A stretch of DNA of 64,000 nt from Eledone cirrhosa (GCA_964016885.1 OZ024741.1:312108001-312172000), one strand, 5' to 3'; positions 25,544 through 40,154 are shown, counted from the first letter of the stretch. Made by a program: numbers and translations. Notes: generated from the sequence alone by a model not told the origin.

Positions 25544-26746
25544 TTGGATATGTCCCTTAATCTTGACACTGGCCTATATTACCCTTACCATAAAATCAAT
25601 GAGAATCTATATTATGTTAATTTTAAATCTAACCACCCCACAAACATCAAAATTGCTATAGTCAGTAATATTGAAAAAGGAATCTCAAACCTATCCTCTA
25701 ATATAGATATCTTCAATGCTAATGCCAATTACTCTAATAATGCGCTTTCTAAAGTCGGTTATCCTGATAAAATTAAATACAGTAAGGAAACCAATCCTAG
25801 AAGGTCTTACAGTAAAATAATTGATTATGAACATTCCAATAACTTAAATAAAAGAACTAGATACAAAAATATAATCTGGTATAATGCTCCTTTTTCTAAA
25901 TCTATTAATAATAATATTCCTAAACTATTCTTTAGGGCCTTAGATAAATGCTTCCCTCCCTCACATATCTATAGTAAAATATTTACCAAACATACAATAA
26001 CATTTTCTTATTCCACCACTTCCAACATCTCTAACATTATCTCTAAACACAACAATAAAATATTAAATAATAAATCACATCCTTCCAACAGTGAGCGTCA
26101 TAATAATAGCAGTAATACACCCGACGCCATCGTTAACTCTAGGCTAGATTCTGTAAATTTAAATACGACGTCAAACGTAACTTCATTGAATGTTCATAAT
26201 ACCAATCTAAATCAGGAAACTATTGTTCCTATCGTAAATAAATTCTCCAATCCAATTCCTTCTATAAATACCACTAGGTCACTTGTTAAGAACTCTGTTA
26301 ATTTCTCTAATCGTAATTGTAATTGCCCTATTAAAACTAAATTTCCTCTTAATAACCATTGTCTTGATAAAAACTTAGTCTATGAATGTAAGGTTATAAC
26401 CTATACCAATTCTTTTACCTATTTCGGTTCCACTTCCACTTCCTTCAAAGCTAGATTTTATAATCACAATTCGTCTTTTAGATACCAACTTAAAAGAACT
26501 AACACGGCACTCTCGGAATTCATATGGTCCTTGAAAGACAAAAATATTAACTATAACATCTCTTGGAGGAAGGTTTGTTCCGCCTTTCCTTACCTGAATT
26601 CTTCCCTATCCAGAACATGTAATCTCTGCCTAGCCGAGAAAATTACCATGATATCTAATCTCAATTCTATAATAAATAAACGCACAGATTTATTTTCTCT
26701 CTGCTTGCATAAATTCCATAGAACATTCCATAAAGTATACAGCTAA
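25544..26746 (+). pseudogene. PLE RT thumb + GIY-YIG (C-terminal part of a disrupted ORF)
   Basis: SNHP, IIWYNAPFS, FSYSTTSN, CNCPIKTKFPLNNHC, LVYECKV..TYFGST..FKARFYNH, CNLCLAEK. Confidence 0.88.
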
Positions 26747-27991
26747 TATCTCAATACCTTACTAGTTTAAAATCCTTTTTCTGAAAGGCTTATATATCTT
26801 TTACAAATATACCCATCTTTCTACCTTATTTCAGTATTATATATTATATAATAATATTTACTCATTTTATATCATTGCTCTTTATCATTTTCCTTTCTTC
26901 CTTTTTTCTTTTTAATTTCTAACCTCTAATCTGTACTTTTTCTTCCCAACTACTTCTCAATTCATATTATTACTCACCACAACATTATCCATTCTTCCAT
27001 CTTTCCTCATATCATTGACCATAAAAATTATTTTGTTAATACATTATAATATTACAATTAGAAGTCCTTCGTAAACATATAAACTTTTGACGTTAGATTT
27101 TTTCTTCCTTAAATTTTTCATATCTCTTCCATCCTTTCATGCTCGTTTTAAACCTACTACTTAATTTGACTTTTACACATTACAATACATAAAAACAAAC
27201 TTAAACCCTAACTAATTTCTTTTAATATATTATATTATTACCATTAGAAAATACTTCGTAAACATATTTACTTTTTGATGTTAGATATTTTCTCCCTTAA
27301 ACATTATTTTATCTTCTTTCCTTACGCGCTCATTTTAAACAAACTATTTACGTAGACATATTACATTACATAAAAACAAACTTAAACCCTAACTAATTCC
27401 TCTAAATTCATAACTCATTCATTTTTCTCCTTCTTTTCACATTATATCCTTAATATCATTAATAAATTCTTTTCTTCGCACATATTATTAAACCTTTCAA
27501 TATACAAATCTTAATTTAATACTATTCTTAATTCATTTTTCTTCATGCATAAAGCTCATTAACTTTTAATTTCAAAATCTTTTAAGTTTTCTATTATCTT
27601 CCAACGGCTTTTTAATTTCTCCCTGTGAACCAATTGACTTACTTACTAAAACATATATATTTGCTAGCATAGGTATGCATCTCTATACATATGTCGGTAG
27701 ATATATTAATTCTTTATAATTATCTCCAAATTATTTGTTGAGCAAAATTTGCCGAAATTACTACTGTGACTGATAGTAGTGGCTAGGCTCTGTCTTAATA
27801 GCACCCCCACTCCTAGCTGATTAACCTCAGTGTCACGTGATTGATTCTTTTGAATTTGCCACTTGACCAAGTAGGCAGTGAATTTTTCAATGTCTTGGAA
27901 TCTAGCCCCGCTCGCTTTTTTCCATCCACTGAATTATTTTTATATAAGTTCCGAGTGTCCCCGCATTGCCTGGAAGCTTAGCTGAGAATAT

Positions 27992-28070
27992 ACTCCCAGA
28001 TGACGTAAGGCTTCTCTATAGTTATTACGTAACTATATTTATCCCTTTACAGAAACTAATTAGTTGGAGT
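27992..28070 (+). ncRNA. Type I hammerhead, U4 mutated
   Basis: actcc-CAGATGA-cgtaagg...cctttaca-GAAA-CTAATTAG-TT-ggagt; perfect stem I, palindromic stem III. Confidence 0.65.
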
Positions 28071-28121
28071 GAAATTTTAGTAACTAAGTCAATTTTCATA
28101 ACTTTCTTATTTACGTCTTTC

Positions 28122-28307
<186 letters not shown>

Positions 28308-28451
28308 CCAAAGATTAATATGGTTCATCGCTTACTCAATGAATATAGTTTTACAATAGATTAAAAGCACTCTGCAAATAAGTTTTCTGGAGTTACTAAT
28401 ATTATTCAGAATATTAATAAATGAAGACATTCACGTAATTTAAATATATGT

Positions 28452-28514
28452 TTTATTATATATATATTTCAAAGGTACTCTGCTGTTTTTCTCAGTACTT
28501 CCCCGTCAGATAAA
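28452..28514 (-). ncRNA. Type I hammerhead, A9 mutated
   Basis: Minus strand: tttat-CTGACGG-..gtact..agtac..-GAAA-tatatata-TA-ataaa; lies in a separate short fragment 28310-28572. Confidence 0.55.
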
Positions 28515-28572
28515 TTACATGAATTGATGTATGATATACCGCAACGGTCTTGATGCTTCAATTCCAGTATTA

Positions 28573-30580
28573 GAATATGGCTTGGACTTGGTGATGGCTT
28601 TCCATTGAATGGAGTAGTCTATACTTGAGTCCTTGAGGGACCATACATGGCTCGCGAGTTTCGTGGATGATCGTCTGTCCGGGTACCTAAATGTCGACTT
28701 GTGGTTCAGGAAACGTTCCTTAAATCGGCCCTCCGCCATAACCACATAGGATTTAATCTCCTGTGGTTGATTTGGTCGGTTGGAACTGACCACAGCTTCA
28801 TAAATTATAGCGGGTGTGTTGCATTGCTGTTGAAGGGGACAAGCTTCGGGCTTACGGCAAGAGCACCCTGGTGGGATGTTTCTCCTAGGGCTGCCGGTGA
28901 TGTGGACCTTCATGTTCTTAGCGCAGGTGTATCCTAGTTTTATTTTGTGTCGGTTAAAGATGGAGCGGTATTTAGGACCTATGGGAAAGTGTCTATCTAA
29001 GAGGGCTAGACATTTTTTGCCCACATTGGTTTTAACGTTAAGTGAGATGGGAGGAATGAACCAGATAGTTTGTCTATTGTTACGCTTTCTTTTCTTATTG
29101 CTGTTGTTGATAGTGGGAGAGTAAGTGATAGGATGCGAGAAGCCGCTGCTAGCTAACGGCGTGTTATAATAGGGTGCCGCCTTGTCAAAGATAGCCTTAT
29201 TAGAGGAGAGGTTTGAGATTCTAGTACTGATATTATTTACGAAGTTTCTAAAAACAGTGGGAGGATGGCATGAGTCCTTGTGAATGTAATTTAGTTTTTC
29301 GATTAGCTTATGGAAGTGACTGTAGGTGTGTGTGCGAAAGTCTAAATTAATGTCTGAGAAATCTACGCTAGAGAGGTTGGTAGCTACTGATATCCTAAGT
29401 CCTAACTCATTGAAGGTAGAAGCTAAGTCTTTTTTAAACCGGTCGAGGTCGTGACCAGTTTTATGGCTCGATAAGGTCAGTCCATCATCGCGGTATATTC
29501 CCGTGTGGAAGTCCGGCAATTTAACACGTAATATGTGTAAAATAAAAAGGCCAACCAAGTCGCATACGTCAGCACTCTCAAACGATCTAATGGAGACGTC
29601 AAATAGGTCTGAAGTTGTAGACGTCTTTGCCCAGGCTACTCCGTCGTTGAAGAGGAGGGTTTGCCGGCAGTGAGCGATGATTTCCCTGTCTAAACCATCG
29701 ACGGTTGTGTAAGTGGTAGTGAAGACCAACGCTTTGTTTAACAGTGTCTCTGAGATCGACGGGTAAAAATCGACGATGTCAAACTGTGTGAACTTCGCTT
29801 TTTGGGATTTTAAGGAGTTAAACCACTTAATTACGGAGTCGCTGTTCTCCCACTGGGCAGGTTGGACTTGGTCCTAATGGTCTTAACTATGTTTCTAAGT
29901 ATGGCCTTACTAACTACTCCCATATCTGTGCGTGCCGGGTTTATTAGTCTACATGTGGGGTTAAAAATAAAGTCTACCTTGTGATCTTTCAGGGTGAGAA
30001 CGCCTCCGGCTTAGCTAGAGATTGTAGCATCCTATCTACCTTAAGGGCGGCGGCAAGTTCTTTGGTTTCTGGATTAATGTTGTAGTAGGCCATAGGGTTA
30101 GCTTTCTTATATTTGGAAGTAATAGCGTTATGGGCCAAGTGGCTGTAAGTGGTGTTGTCGACTACGTTAATATTATTAGTTTTGTCGGAAAGAACGGTGT
30201 TATTAGAAGACCTAAATTTCTTAATCTCATTTCTGAGTTTAGTTTGAAAGGTGTTAGGGTGTTTGCGAAAGGAAATGTTAGCAACTAAGTCAAGAAGGTC
30301 CGTTTCGAAAGGAACAAGTTCAGTTACCTTAGGAGGGTAGGCTCTTGATTACAGGTTGAATGTGTTATTGGTGCCTGTAATTTTGCCGTCAAAAGCTAAC
30401 GCTCGCCATCTTAAGCGTCTGACGATATCTTCCGCTTTTTGTAGGAGAAGCTTTTGGTAAAAGGGCTGGAGGGAGTTGGAATGTTCTTCAGGGAGTAATC
30501 CAGTTCGTATAAATCCATACTGACGTTGCTGAGACACACAATTGTGTAGGCCACGAAGATATAGAGAGCGCTCTCAGGGT
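28573..30580 (-). mobile_element. Hydra-like PLE (N-terminus, RT, GIY-YIG), 3'-truncated
   Basis: YSLKNIP, RRLRWRA, QFDIVDFYPSISE, IYRDDG, IWFIPP, KLGYTCAKNM, CSCRKPEACPL, IIYEA..SYV, FKERFLNH (ORF 28515..29729 plus upstream fragments). Confidence 0.9.
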
Positions 30581-30589
30581 GGTAAGCCA

Positions 30590-31278
30590 CCACGGTTCTC
30601 TTGCCGTGAGCTCGAAGCTTGTCCCCTTCAACTGCAATGCAACACACCCGCTATAATTTATGAAGCTCTGGTCACTTCCAACCGAGCAAATGAACCAGAG
30701 GAGGTCAAATCCTATGTGGGTATGGCGGAGGGCTAATTTAAGGAACGTTTCCTGAACCACCAGTCGACCTTTAGGTACCCGGACAGACGTTCATCCACGA
30801 AACTCGCGAGCCATGTTAGGTCCCTCAAGGAATCAAGTATAGACTACTCCATTCAATGGAAAGCCATCACCAAGACCAAGCCATACGCAAGGGGTAAATC
30901 CTGGCGTGGACTATGTATTGATGAACGAATAAAAATTCTAAATAGATTATGCAATAGTGACTGCCTAAACACGAGAATGAATTTTTCACACGTTCTCCAC
31001 ACGTTTCAAGATTTCTCTTGCATAACTACAAAGCTCCGGATTGAATTACAACAACATCATAATTTCTTATCAACTAGAAACTTTTCTGACTTTCGCAGCT
31101 ATCTCCCTTACACCTCTCGCACGCATTTTAGTATTGCCTGTGTGAAGTGACCGGTTTCTGCGCATGCGCGTTCGTACGGTTGTCCTTCCTGTTCCGTATA
31201 ACCATGTCCATTACGAGCTGAGGATCCGTTAGGTGAAACAATTGTTCCCGGTATGGTGAACTAACTCTTCTGTAACCA

Positions 31279-31280
<2 letters not shown>
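30590..31280 (+). mobile_element. Inverted 3' copy (GIY-YIG + 3' UTR) of the adjacent PLE
   Basis: 30595-30885 mirrors 28573-28870; continues through LCIDERIKIL..CLN and a hammerhead to (TA)n. Confidence 0.88.
31201..31257 (+). ncRNA. Type I hammerhead
   Basis: accat..cgag-CTGAGGA(31218-31224)-tccgttaggt-GAAA-CAATTG-TT-cccg..atggt. Confidence 0.65.
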
Positions 31281-31371
<91 letters not shown>

Positions 31372-31374
31372 ATA

Positions 31375-34156
31375 TAAAATAAGATAAGTAAGTCAAATAT
31401 GTAAAATTTGGCTTCGTTTATTATTAATTATACATTTACTGCTATATATATATTTCGGTGACAGCTATTATTGGCTAGGACCTCTTCAGGCAGTCTGAAT
31501 TTGTGTGGAAAAGTAAGGTACACATGTTGTTGATGTGTGTTTCACTCTGTCAATACATCGATATGTCCACCTCCTGGGTGTGATGTTAGTGATACGAATA
31601 ATAGGAATCATATGGGCTAGAACAAACGGATTTCAGTGTCATAGGACACGCTCATATCCCATTGGTCAGTTGTGAGACGACTCCTCAGTTAAAAGTCTAT
31701 AGTAATTCTTCTGAGGCAGGTAAAACCTGTTATAGTTGTTTTTACAGCTGACCACCTTCTCTGTGTTGGTAGTGGTAATGGTGCTAAGAGGTCAGCTAGC
31801 AGGTCAACTTTAGTATGCTGCTACTATGGTCTGAAGAATGTATGTGTGTAGACTAGCCTCTATCCTGCCACAATTTCACGTGGTGGGGGTGGCCGCAGAA
31901 ATAAAGAATGCGTGTGTGTTACAACTAATATCAAACATTTAAAAAATATAAACTGAAATAAAAAACCTGTGTGTCAGAATTGAGAAGTGTAATGAATTAC
32001 AATTCTTATTCTAGCATAGAGTACGTACGTGTGATTGTCCGTTAGCGCGCACCGTTGTGCGTGCACACGTATAAACACAGGCTCGGTAGATTCACCTATT
32101 TACGTCCATACAGTCGAACTAAAGATGGGTGTGTTATAAAATCAAATGAGGTAAATGCGGTGTGAAAAATAACAAAGAACCTGTGTGTCAAAATCCAGAA
32201 GTGTAAAGGACTAAAATTCTTATTTCAGCAAAAAGTACATATGCGTGTATGTTTGTCAACATACACCGCTGCAATCACACACGCACAAACACAGGCTCAG
32301 GTGCATTCCTATATTACGTCTACACAGTCACACACACGCATACATGAACGCATCCACAGAGCTGTATATACGCCAACATGTGGATACACCCACACGGACA
32401 CAGGTTCAAAGTCACCTCTGGAGGTGGGAAGAGGGGTGAGTGGTAGTAATAGGCGCGTCATATTTACTTGTGGTATTTATCCCTGACTCATGGGTGCGAA
32501 AGGGGTCGGGTTCAAGTCAGGATATCCTCCAGGTATTCGGGTAACAAGCCGGGGTTGGGCGTTGGGACCCGTTGGTCGGAAACTTGGGGTGCCTGTTTTC
32601 ACGGGGGGAGGGGGGACTCCACCGAAATACTTCGTCTATCTATATCATCTAGTGTCAGCTAACTTGAGTTCTGGTTAGGGAAGTGAAAGAGAGGGGTTGA
32701 CCACAGCGGTGTGAGGCATGGTTTTAGCTGCTAGGGCGGTGTGTTGCTATAGGAGTCGATCGAGGCAGGAGTTGAGTTGGGGAGTGTGTAGAGGGTGGTT
32801 TACCTGCGGCTCAGTGTGACGGGGCTGCTGTCCCTACAGCTTGAGGTAAATTCCCATCGCAATGGGTTGTTATCCATATAGCTTGAGGAAGGTTCCGGCC
32901 CTGAGGTGTCTACATCTACCAAAGAAGTCGGTCCTGAAATTGATTAGGCTGCTCCCACGCTGAGTATCTCGAGGGTCACGCTCAGACATAGGTCGCAGAT
33001 GCCAGATCCCCCTCTATCAGGTGGCAATTTCCTGATTTTGGACCAGGCCAGAGAGTACAGTGTCCTGTCCAGCTTGATGATCCAGATCACTTGGGAAAGA
33101 GCCGTACTTTTCCATTTGCCTTACCTATTAAAGGAATGACGATGGTTATACCATCTGTCCTTGAAGCTCGTATATATACTAAGCCCCATATACTAACTTC
33201 TTCATGAGGCATTCACTACAAAGGGGACATAATGTGGGTGTTCAGCAGTTGCAGGAGGTGGTCGTCCTCTGAGTGCCCACTGTGGCGTTTCCGTTACGTT
33301 GTTTAGGGCGATCTGTCCCTGTTCCAGGTGGGGAGTCCCAAGGTCTGTGTGGGTACCAAGGGTGGGTACCGGGGCAACCATTCCTTCCCTCCACATGGCT
33401 CTGCCGGGTGCTTATATTGCTAGCTGCTGCTTGTGTGTAGTATCAAAGTCTACTCTTATTGATGCTAGCTATGTGCTAGGCTACGTTGCCCGAGGTAGAA
33501 TAGGATAGCTCTACAGTGTGTCTGTTGAAGATATTGAGGTATCAGTGGTCCCCCAGGAAGCATTTATCTAGTGCCCTAAAAATGACCGGGCCAGGCTGGT
33601 CTTTAGGTTCGCTGTGTAGGGTGGGTTGTACCACGTATCTTTTCTTAGTCTATTCCTATGTGGGTGGATTGAGCGTGCTGTGGGCTGTTGGAGAGTTGTT
33701 GGGTTGCTACTGGTTCCCGCATTGTTGATTCCCCTTTGGAAGCTTCTCGGCCCATACCTTTGGGGTGGTGTGTGCCCACGTTGAGAGTTATACAATGTAT
33801 CATCCCTCATCAGTCCGGCTTCGTGTCTTGAGACCACCTCGTGTACTGGGTTTCCTCCCAAGGCTAGGCATACGCGTCCTTTTCTCTAATGTGGTGGTGC
33901 CGGGTTCATGGGGTTTAGTGGATTCCACTCTGCTGCATTGTTAGGGTTCCCTTTCCCGGATACCGTGGTCGGGTGGTCCAATGGTCTATCCCTTCCATGG
34001 CGTCTCGGATTGTGATATATAGTTTGGCCTTGGATAGCCTTATGTAGAGCTGCGTTATAATACTCTGCGTTGCTATGGAAGATCTCCTTATTGGCGGAGA
34101 GATTGGATATCATGTCCGAGACACTCTTACACTACGGCCTTAATTATGAATCTAGG
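31375..34156 (-). mobile_element. Inverted 3' arm of the 34.2-38.2 kb PLE
   Basis: Mirror of 35527-38112 (ISNLSANKEIF, RKDTWYNPPY). Confidence 0.88.
31438..31494 (-). ncRNA. Type I hammerhead, canonical core
   Basis: Minus strand: actgc-CTGAAGA-ggt...acc-GAAA-tatatata-TA-gcagt. Confidence 0.8.
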
Positions 34157-37100
34157 AGTAAACAAACCAGGCCGCTTACTTTGTCGAGTGCTCCAATCTG
34201 CATACTGAGGCGTCGGTAAACAACCAACATATACTCAAAATTTACCTAGCTCCACCACGTGTTGAGCGCTTCGAACAGTAGCGGACTTAAGACACAATGG
34301 AAAAACTGGCATGCTTGGCGTCATTGAAGGTTATCCCCTTACCAGGCAAACGAGAATACACCAGTAATCACATCAAGAATATTGACTCCCTTGTACGTAG
34401 GAAAATCTAACGCCTCAAATTACCAAAACCGAAAACATCAAGCAACTTTTTAGATCAAGTAGGAACCCTCCCCACAACAGGCTAATGGAGGAATTCGAAA
34501 ATGAGATGATTAAAATTATCTCCAACCTCAAATTCTCCTGTCACCTACCTGGGAAACGGGATTACTGTGCTTAAAGAGACAACTGGAATACTCGTCCATG
34601 ATGATAACACCAACAACCTCTACAGCATGGACATAGAACTGTATAATAAGATAATTCTCAGGGAACCGAGGAAGTGCTACAAAAAAACACCTGGAGTTAC
34701 CCTGCATGAAATCAACGCCAATGCTTACAGGATAATATCCGGGCACGGCATAGATGATAGGACGGCCACATACAAACAAATGGGAGCCGATGATTAACCT
34801 TAAAGATCACAAGCCCAACTTTGAGTTCGAGTTCCCGGTTTGACTAATAGCCCCCTGCAGGTCGGACCAGGGGATCATCAATAAAAGCATACTCGATAGG
34901 ATTTTGCCTACGGTTCGGAAAAAACTAAATTACAGCAATGGTCATACACAGGATAGGTAATAGAATAGGTTACGCTATTACCTGAGAAAAGTAAGACCAG
35001 TTTTGTCCAACTGGATATTGCTGGCTACTACTCCTCAATCTCGCCCATTGTACTTAATAAGGCTCGTATTTTAGCGATATCCAATACGGACCTAACCCGC
35101 GAGAAGGTAGGCATCATCCACGCCGCCCGAAAGACCTTGATCCGTTTAGGTGGGGACATTTGGACCAGGAATGATTGGCCAAATAACTTTGACATCACGA
35201 AGGGCTCCAGCGACTCTGAGCAGGTAACGGACATGTTCGGGCTCTTCCTGCTGAAGCAAATAAAAGAAGAAATCCTCTGATTAGGCGGCGGATTATAGGG
35301 TGACGATGCTCTCTTCGCCGTCTATGACAACAGCACCAATATGGTGGAGAGAATGAAGAGGCGAATTAGGCATTTCTTTAGGAACCATGGGCTCAGTATT
35401 GAATTAGACCCCAATAGAAAGGTAATAAGTTTCCTAGACCCCACCCGAATCCTGAACACTGAGCAATACTACCTGTATCAAAACTCCAACGAGAAACCGG
35501 TATATGTTAACGCCAAGTCAAACAACCCTAGATCCATAATTAAGGCCGTAGTCAAGAGTATCTCGGACAGGATTTCCAACCTGTCCTCCAATAAGGAGAT
35601 CTTCGAAAGCAACGCATAGTATTAGAACGCAGCTCTAAATAAGGCGGCCCATGGGCAAACTATATCTTACAACCCGAAGCGCTATGATAGGGATAGACCA
35701 TCGGTCCCCCTGACCCACGGTATCCGGGAGGGATGAACCCTAACAGTGCAGGCAGAGTGGAAGCCACTAAATACCATGAACCCGACACCACTACATTAGA
35801 GAAAAGGACGCGTACGCCTAGCCATGGGAGGAAACCCAGTACGCGAGGCAGTCTCAGGGGTAACACTAACCACCACGGACTCGACGCCTCAAGCGCAAGA
35901 CACGAAGCGGCAATGATGGAAGATCATCACATTGTAGTACTCCACCGTGGGCACACACCACCCCAAAGGTACTGGACGAGAAGCTAGCAAAACACAGCGC
36001 CCGAAGGGGAAACAACAATGCGGCACCGTAGCAACCCAACAACCCCACAAGAGCCCACATCATGCACAACCCACCCACATAAGAATAGACTAAGAAAAAT
36101 TACGTGGTACAACCCACCATACTCAGTGGGCCTAAAGACCAGTCTGGCCCTGTCATTTTTTAGGGCACTTGATAAATACTTCCCGAGGGACCACATATAC
36201 CACAAATACCAACATACACACTGTAAACCTATCCTATTCTACCATGCGCAACGTAGTCCAGCACATATCTAGCATCAATAGGAGTAGACATAGAAACTGA
36301 ATTCAACCAGCAGCTGTCAATATAAGCACCCAGCAGAGCCATGTGGAGGGAAGGAATGGTGGACCCGGTATCCACCCTAGGAACCCAAACAGACACAGGG
36401 ACCCCCCACCGGGAACTGGGTCAGACCACACTAAACTACGAAACAGGAACCCCACAATAGGCACTCGGGGGTCGCCCACCTCCTGCAACTGCAGAACACC
36501 CACATTATGCCCCCTTTTAATGAATGCCTCATGAACAACTTAGTATACGGATGTAGAGTAAAAAAAACCAACTCTGAGCACCTTTACATAGGAGCCACAT
36601 CCTCTAGCTTCTAGAACAGATGGTATAACCATCGCCATTCCTTTAATAGGGATGGCAAATGGAAAAGTACGGAACGTTCCGAACTGATCTGGAAGCTCAA
36701 GCTGTACAGGACAACTTACTCTCTGGCCTGGTCCCAAATCAGGAAATTGCCACCTGATAGAGGGGGATCTGGCATCTGCAACTTATGTCTGAGCGAGACC
36801 CTCGAGATACTCAGTGATGGGAGCAGCCTAATCAACTTCAGGACCGATTTCTTTGGTACATGAAGACACCTCAGTGTCGGAACCTTCCTCAAACTATATG
36901 GATATCAACCCATTGGGATGGGAACTTCCACCAAGCTATAGGGACAGCAGCCCCGCCACACCGAGCCCAATGTAAACCACCCCTACATACTCCCCACCTC
37001 TACTCCCGCCTCGATCGTCTCCTGTAGCAACACACCTACCTAGCTGCTAAAACCGTGCCTCACACCGTTGTGGTCAACCCCTTGCTCTCACTTCCTTAAC

Positions 37101-38205
37101 CAGAACACAAGTTAGCTGACACTAGATGATATATATAGACGAAATACGTCGGTGGTATCCTCCTTGCAAACAGGCATCCTAAGTTTCTGAGTAGCAAGCC
37201 CCAACGCCTAACCCCGGCTTGTGACCCGAATTCGCGCAGGATATCCTGCTTCGAACCCGACCCCTTTCGCACGCATGAGTCAGGGATAAATACCACAAGT
37301 AAATATGACGTGCCTATTACTACAACTCAACGTTCTCCCCACCTCCAGAGGTGACTTTGTCCCTGTGTCCCTGTGGGTGTATCCACATGTTGGCGTATAT
37401 AGAGCTACGTGTATGCGTGCATGTATGCGTGTGTATGACTGTACACGTAATATGGGAATGCACCTGAGCCTGTGTTTGTGCGTGTGTGCTTGCAACGGTG
37501 TATGTTGACAAACATACACGCATATGTACTTTATGTTGAAATAAGAATTGTACTCCTTTACACTTCTGGATTTTGACACCCACGTTTTTTTGTTATTTTT
37601 CACTCCACTGTTACCTCATTTGATTTTAAAACACACACATCTTTAGTTAGACTGTGCGGAGGTAAATAGGTGAATGCACCGAGCCTGTGTTTATACGTGT
37701 GCACGCGCAACGGTGCGCGCTGACGGACATTCAGTACGCAAACATTCTGACAAAGACAACTATAACAAGCCGACCTGCCTAAGAAGAATTTCTATAGACC
37801 TTTGACTGAGGAGTGGTCTCACAAGTGACCATTGGGATACGAGCATGTCATATGACGCTGAAATTAATTTGTTCTCATATAATTCCAGTTCCTCGGAGGA
37901 CTAACGAAACACCCAGGAGCTGGACATATTGATGTATTGACAGAGTGAAACACACTTCATCAACATGTGCACCGGTCTTCTCCACACCAACTCGGACTGC
38001 CTGAAGAGGTCACAACAAATAATAGCGGTCACCGAAGTATATATAGCAGTAAATTTATAATTTATAATAAACGAAACCAAATTTTACATATTTTACTTAT
38101 TTATTTTATTTTACATTACTCCGGAGTAAACAAACCAACCTGCGTACCTCGTTGAGTGCTCCAATCTGCATACTTAGGTGTCGGCAAACAACCAACATAT
38201 ACTAA
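34155..38205 (+). mobile_element. Hydra-like PLE, near full-length, degraded
   Basis: SLKVIPLP, LKDHKPNF, QLDIAGYYSSIS, YRGDDA, SNNPRSIIKAV, RKITWYNPPYS, CNCRTPTLCPL, CNLCLSE; first ~80 bp repeated at 38123-38205. Confidence 0.85.
37996..38050 (+). ncRNA. Type I hammerhead (copy; GAAA mutated to GAAG)
   Basis: actgc-CTGAAGA-ggt...acc-GAAG-tatata-TA-gcagt. Confidence 0.65.
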
Positions 38206-38277
38206 AAAAAAAATATATATATATGTATATAATATATATATGTATATAATATATATATATATACATACATACATATA

Positions 38278-38686
<409 letters not shown>

Positions 38687-38731
38687 AAGAGTGAAGAATA
38701 ATATGGGCAACAGTACAAAAAGGATTTTATT

Positions 38732-38968
38732 TACAGCATTAACAATTTTACATTGATTAGGATGTCTAAAGTTTGCTAATCACTTGAGGTTTTGTCACTC
38801 AACCTTCAATACAGTGTATGCTTAATCAAATCATCGGAATAACTGGAATAACTGCAGTTATTCCGATGATTTTATTAGCATACACTGTATTGAAGGTTGA
38901 GTGACAAAACCTCAAGTGATTAGCAAACTTTAGACATCCTAATCAATTAAACAATTGTTAATACTGTA
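38732..38968. repeat. ~235-bp near-perfect hairpin
   Basis: ttgattaggatgtctaaagtttgc...tcatcggaataactg / cagttattccgatga...gcaaactttagacatcctaatcaa; left flank resembles the pLTR at 54342. Confidence 0.85.
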
Positions 38969-39050
38969 CATAGCCGTACCTTAAAACTATCCATAATACA
39001 GAACAATTCACAACCTCTAACTATATTACCTATAACGATAATTTGTTATC

Positions 39051-39084
<34 letters not shown>

Positions 39085-39137
39085 ATATCCAGGGATAACT
39101 TGAACCGTTAAGGTATATTCTGTTCGTTATGTAAAAA

Positions 39138-39233
39138 TTTATAAAACCCACTTCGTATTTTATCTGATGAAAAATACCAAAATGTGGGTACACTTGAAAT
39201 ATATATATAATAGAATAAATATGGTTTTATAAA
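39138..39233 (+). ncRNA. Type I hammerhead, canonical core
   Basis: tattttat-CTGATGA(39164-39170)-..tacc..ggta..-GAAA-tatatata-TA-atagaata; outer stem tttataaaacc/ggttttataaa. Confidence 0.78.
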
Positions 39234-39367
39234 TATAGTTTCCATTTATGTAATATCATTGTATATCATACTCCATAACACTTGTTGAGTGCTCTGAATC
39301 AGTTATAAACATCTATATTTGTTGAATTACAAACAAATTGAATATCCCTTCTGCTTATATATATATA

Positions 39368-40154
39368 CTAGCAGCTGAGCCCGGTTGCACCCGGGGTAAA
39401 TTTTTATTAAGTTAATCATTTGAAAAATATTATTTAAAGTTTATTATAAAGAAGCAGTTTAAGGATAAAAAAAATAGAAATATGTACTTGGGGCTGGACG
39501 GCGTACAATGAGAAGTGGAGCGACGTGAAAAGCGTTGTTTATTAACAGCGAAATAGCAATGTCGATGATATGTAATTTGAACAATACTACTTACTATTAG
39601 TGGTGGTTAACATATCATAGAATTAAAATAAAAACACGCGTCCCTTTTTCGCAAATTAAGGGTTTTATTTCTTTTGATGGAAAACAGTGACCCTACTGCA
39701 GAATCGATTTCATAAAACGGTACTGTATGATCGTTAAATGTAGAAGGGTGATAGTTTATTAACAGCGAAATAGCAATGTCGGTCATATGCAAGTTTAAAA
39801 ATGCATATTATGAAGGTTTGTATGATAGTTTACACTTTTTCCTGAAACTGCTTTTTTATAATAAACTTTCAATAATATTTTTCAAATTATTGGTACTGTA
39901 TTGGTACAGCGAAAGAACGTTGATGGGTTTAAAAAGGTGTACGAAATTGTAAATAACTCAGCCAAGTATTTGAACAGGGGGAAATAACTCACCGAACGCG
40001 ATAGACCGTTTGGGGGCCCTAGGGACCACATTTTTCAAGTTAGAGATTTGCTTCCTTGACACTTTTTACATAGGTGTGTAAATTCTCATGTCCGTCCGAC
40101 CAGGTCTCCTACCATTTAAACGTGCAGATCTGAATTTCAACCACCACCCATTTC

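Noticed and set aside
27880-27905. Sm-site-like AATTTTTCA suggesting an snRNA
   Set aside because: No other U snRNA similarity; expected by chance in AT-rich DNA
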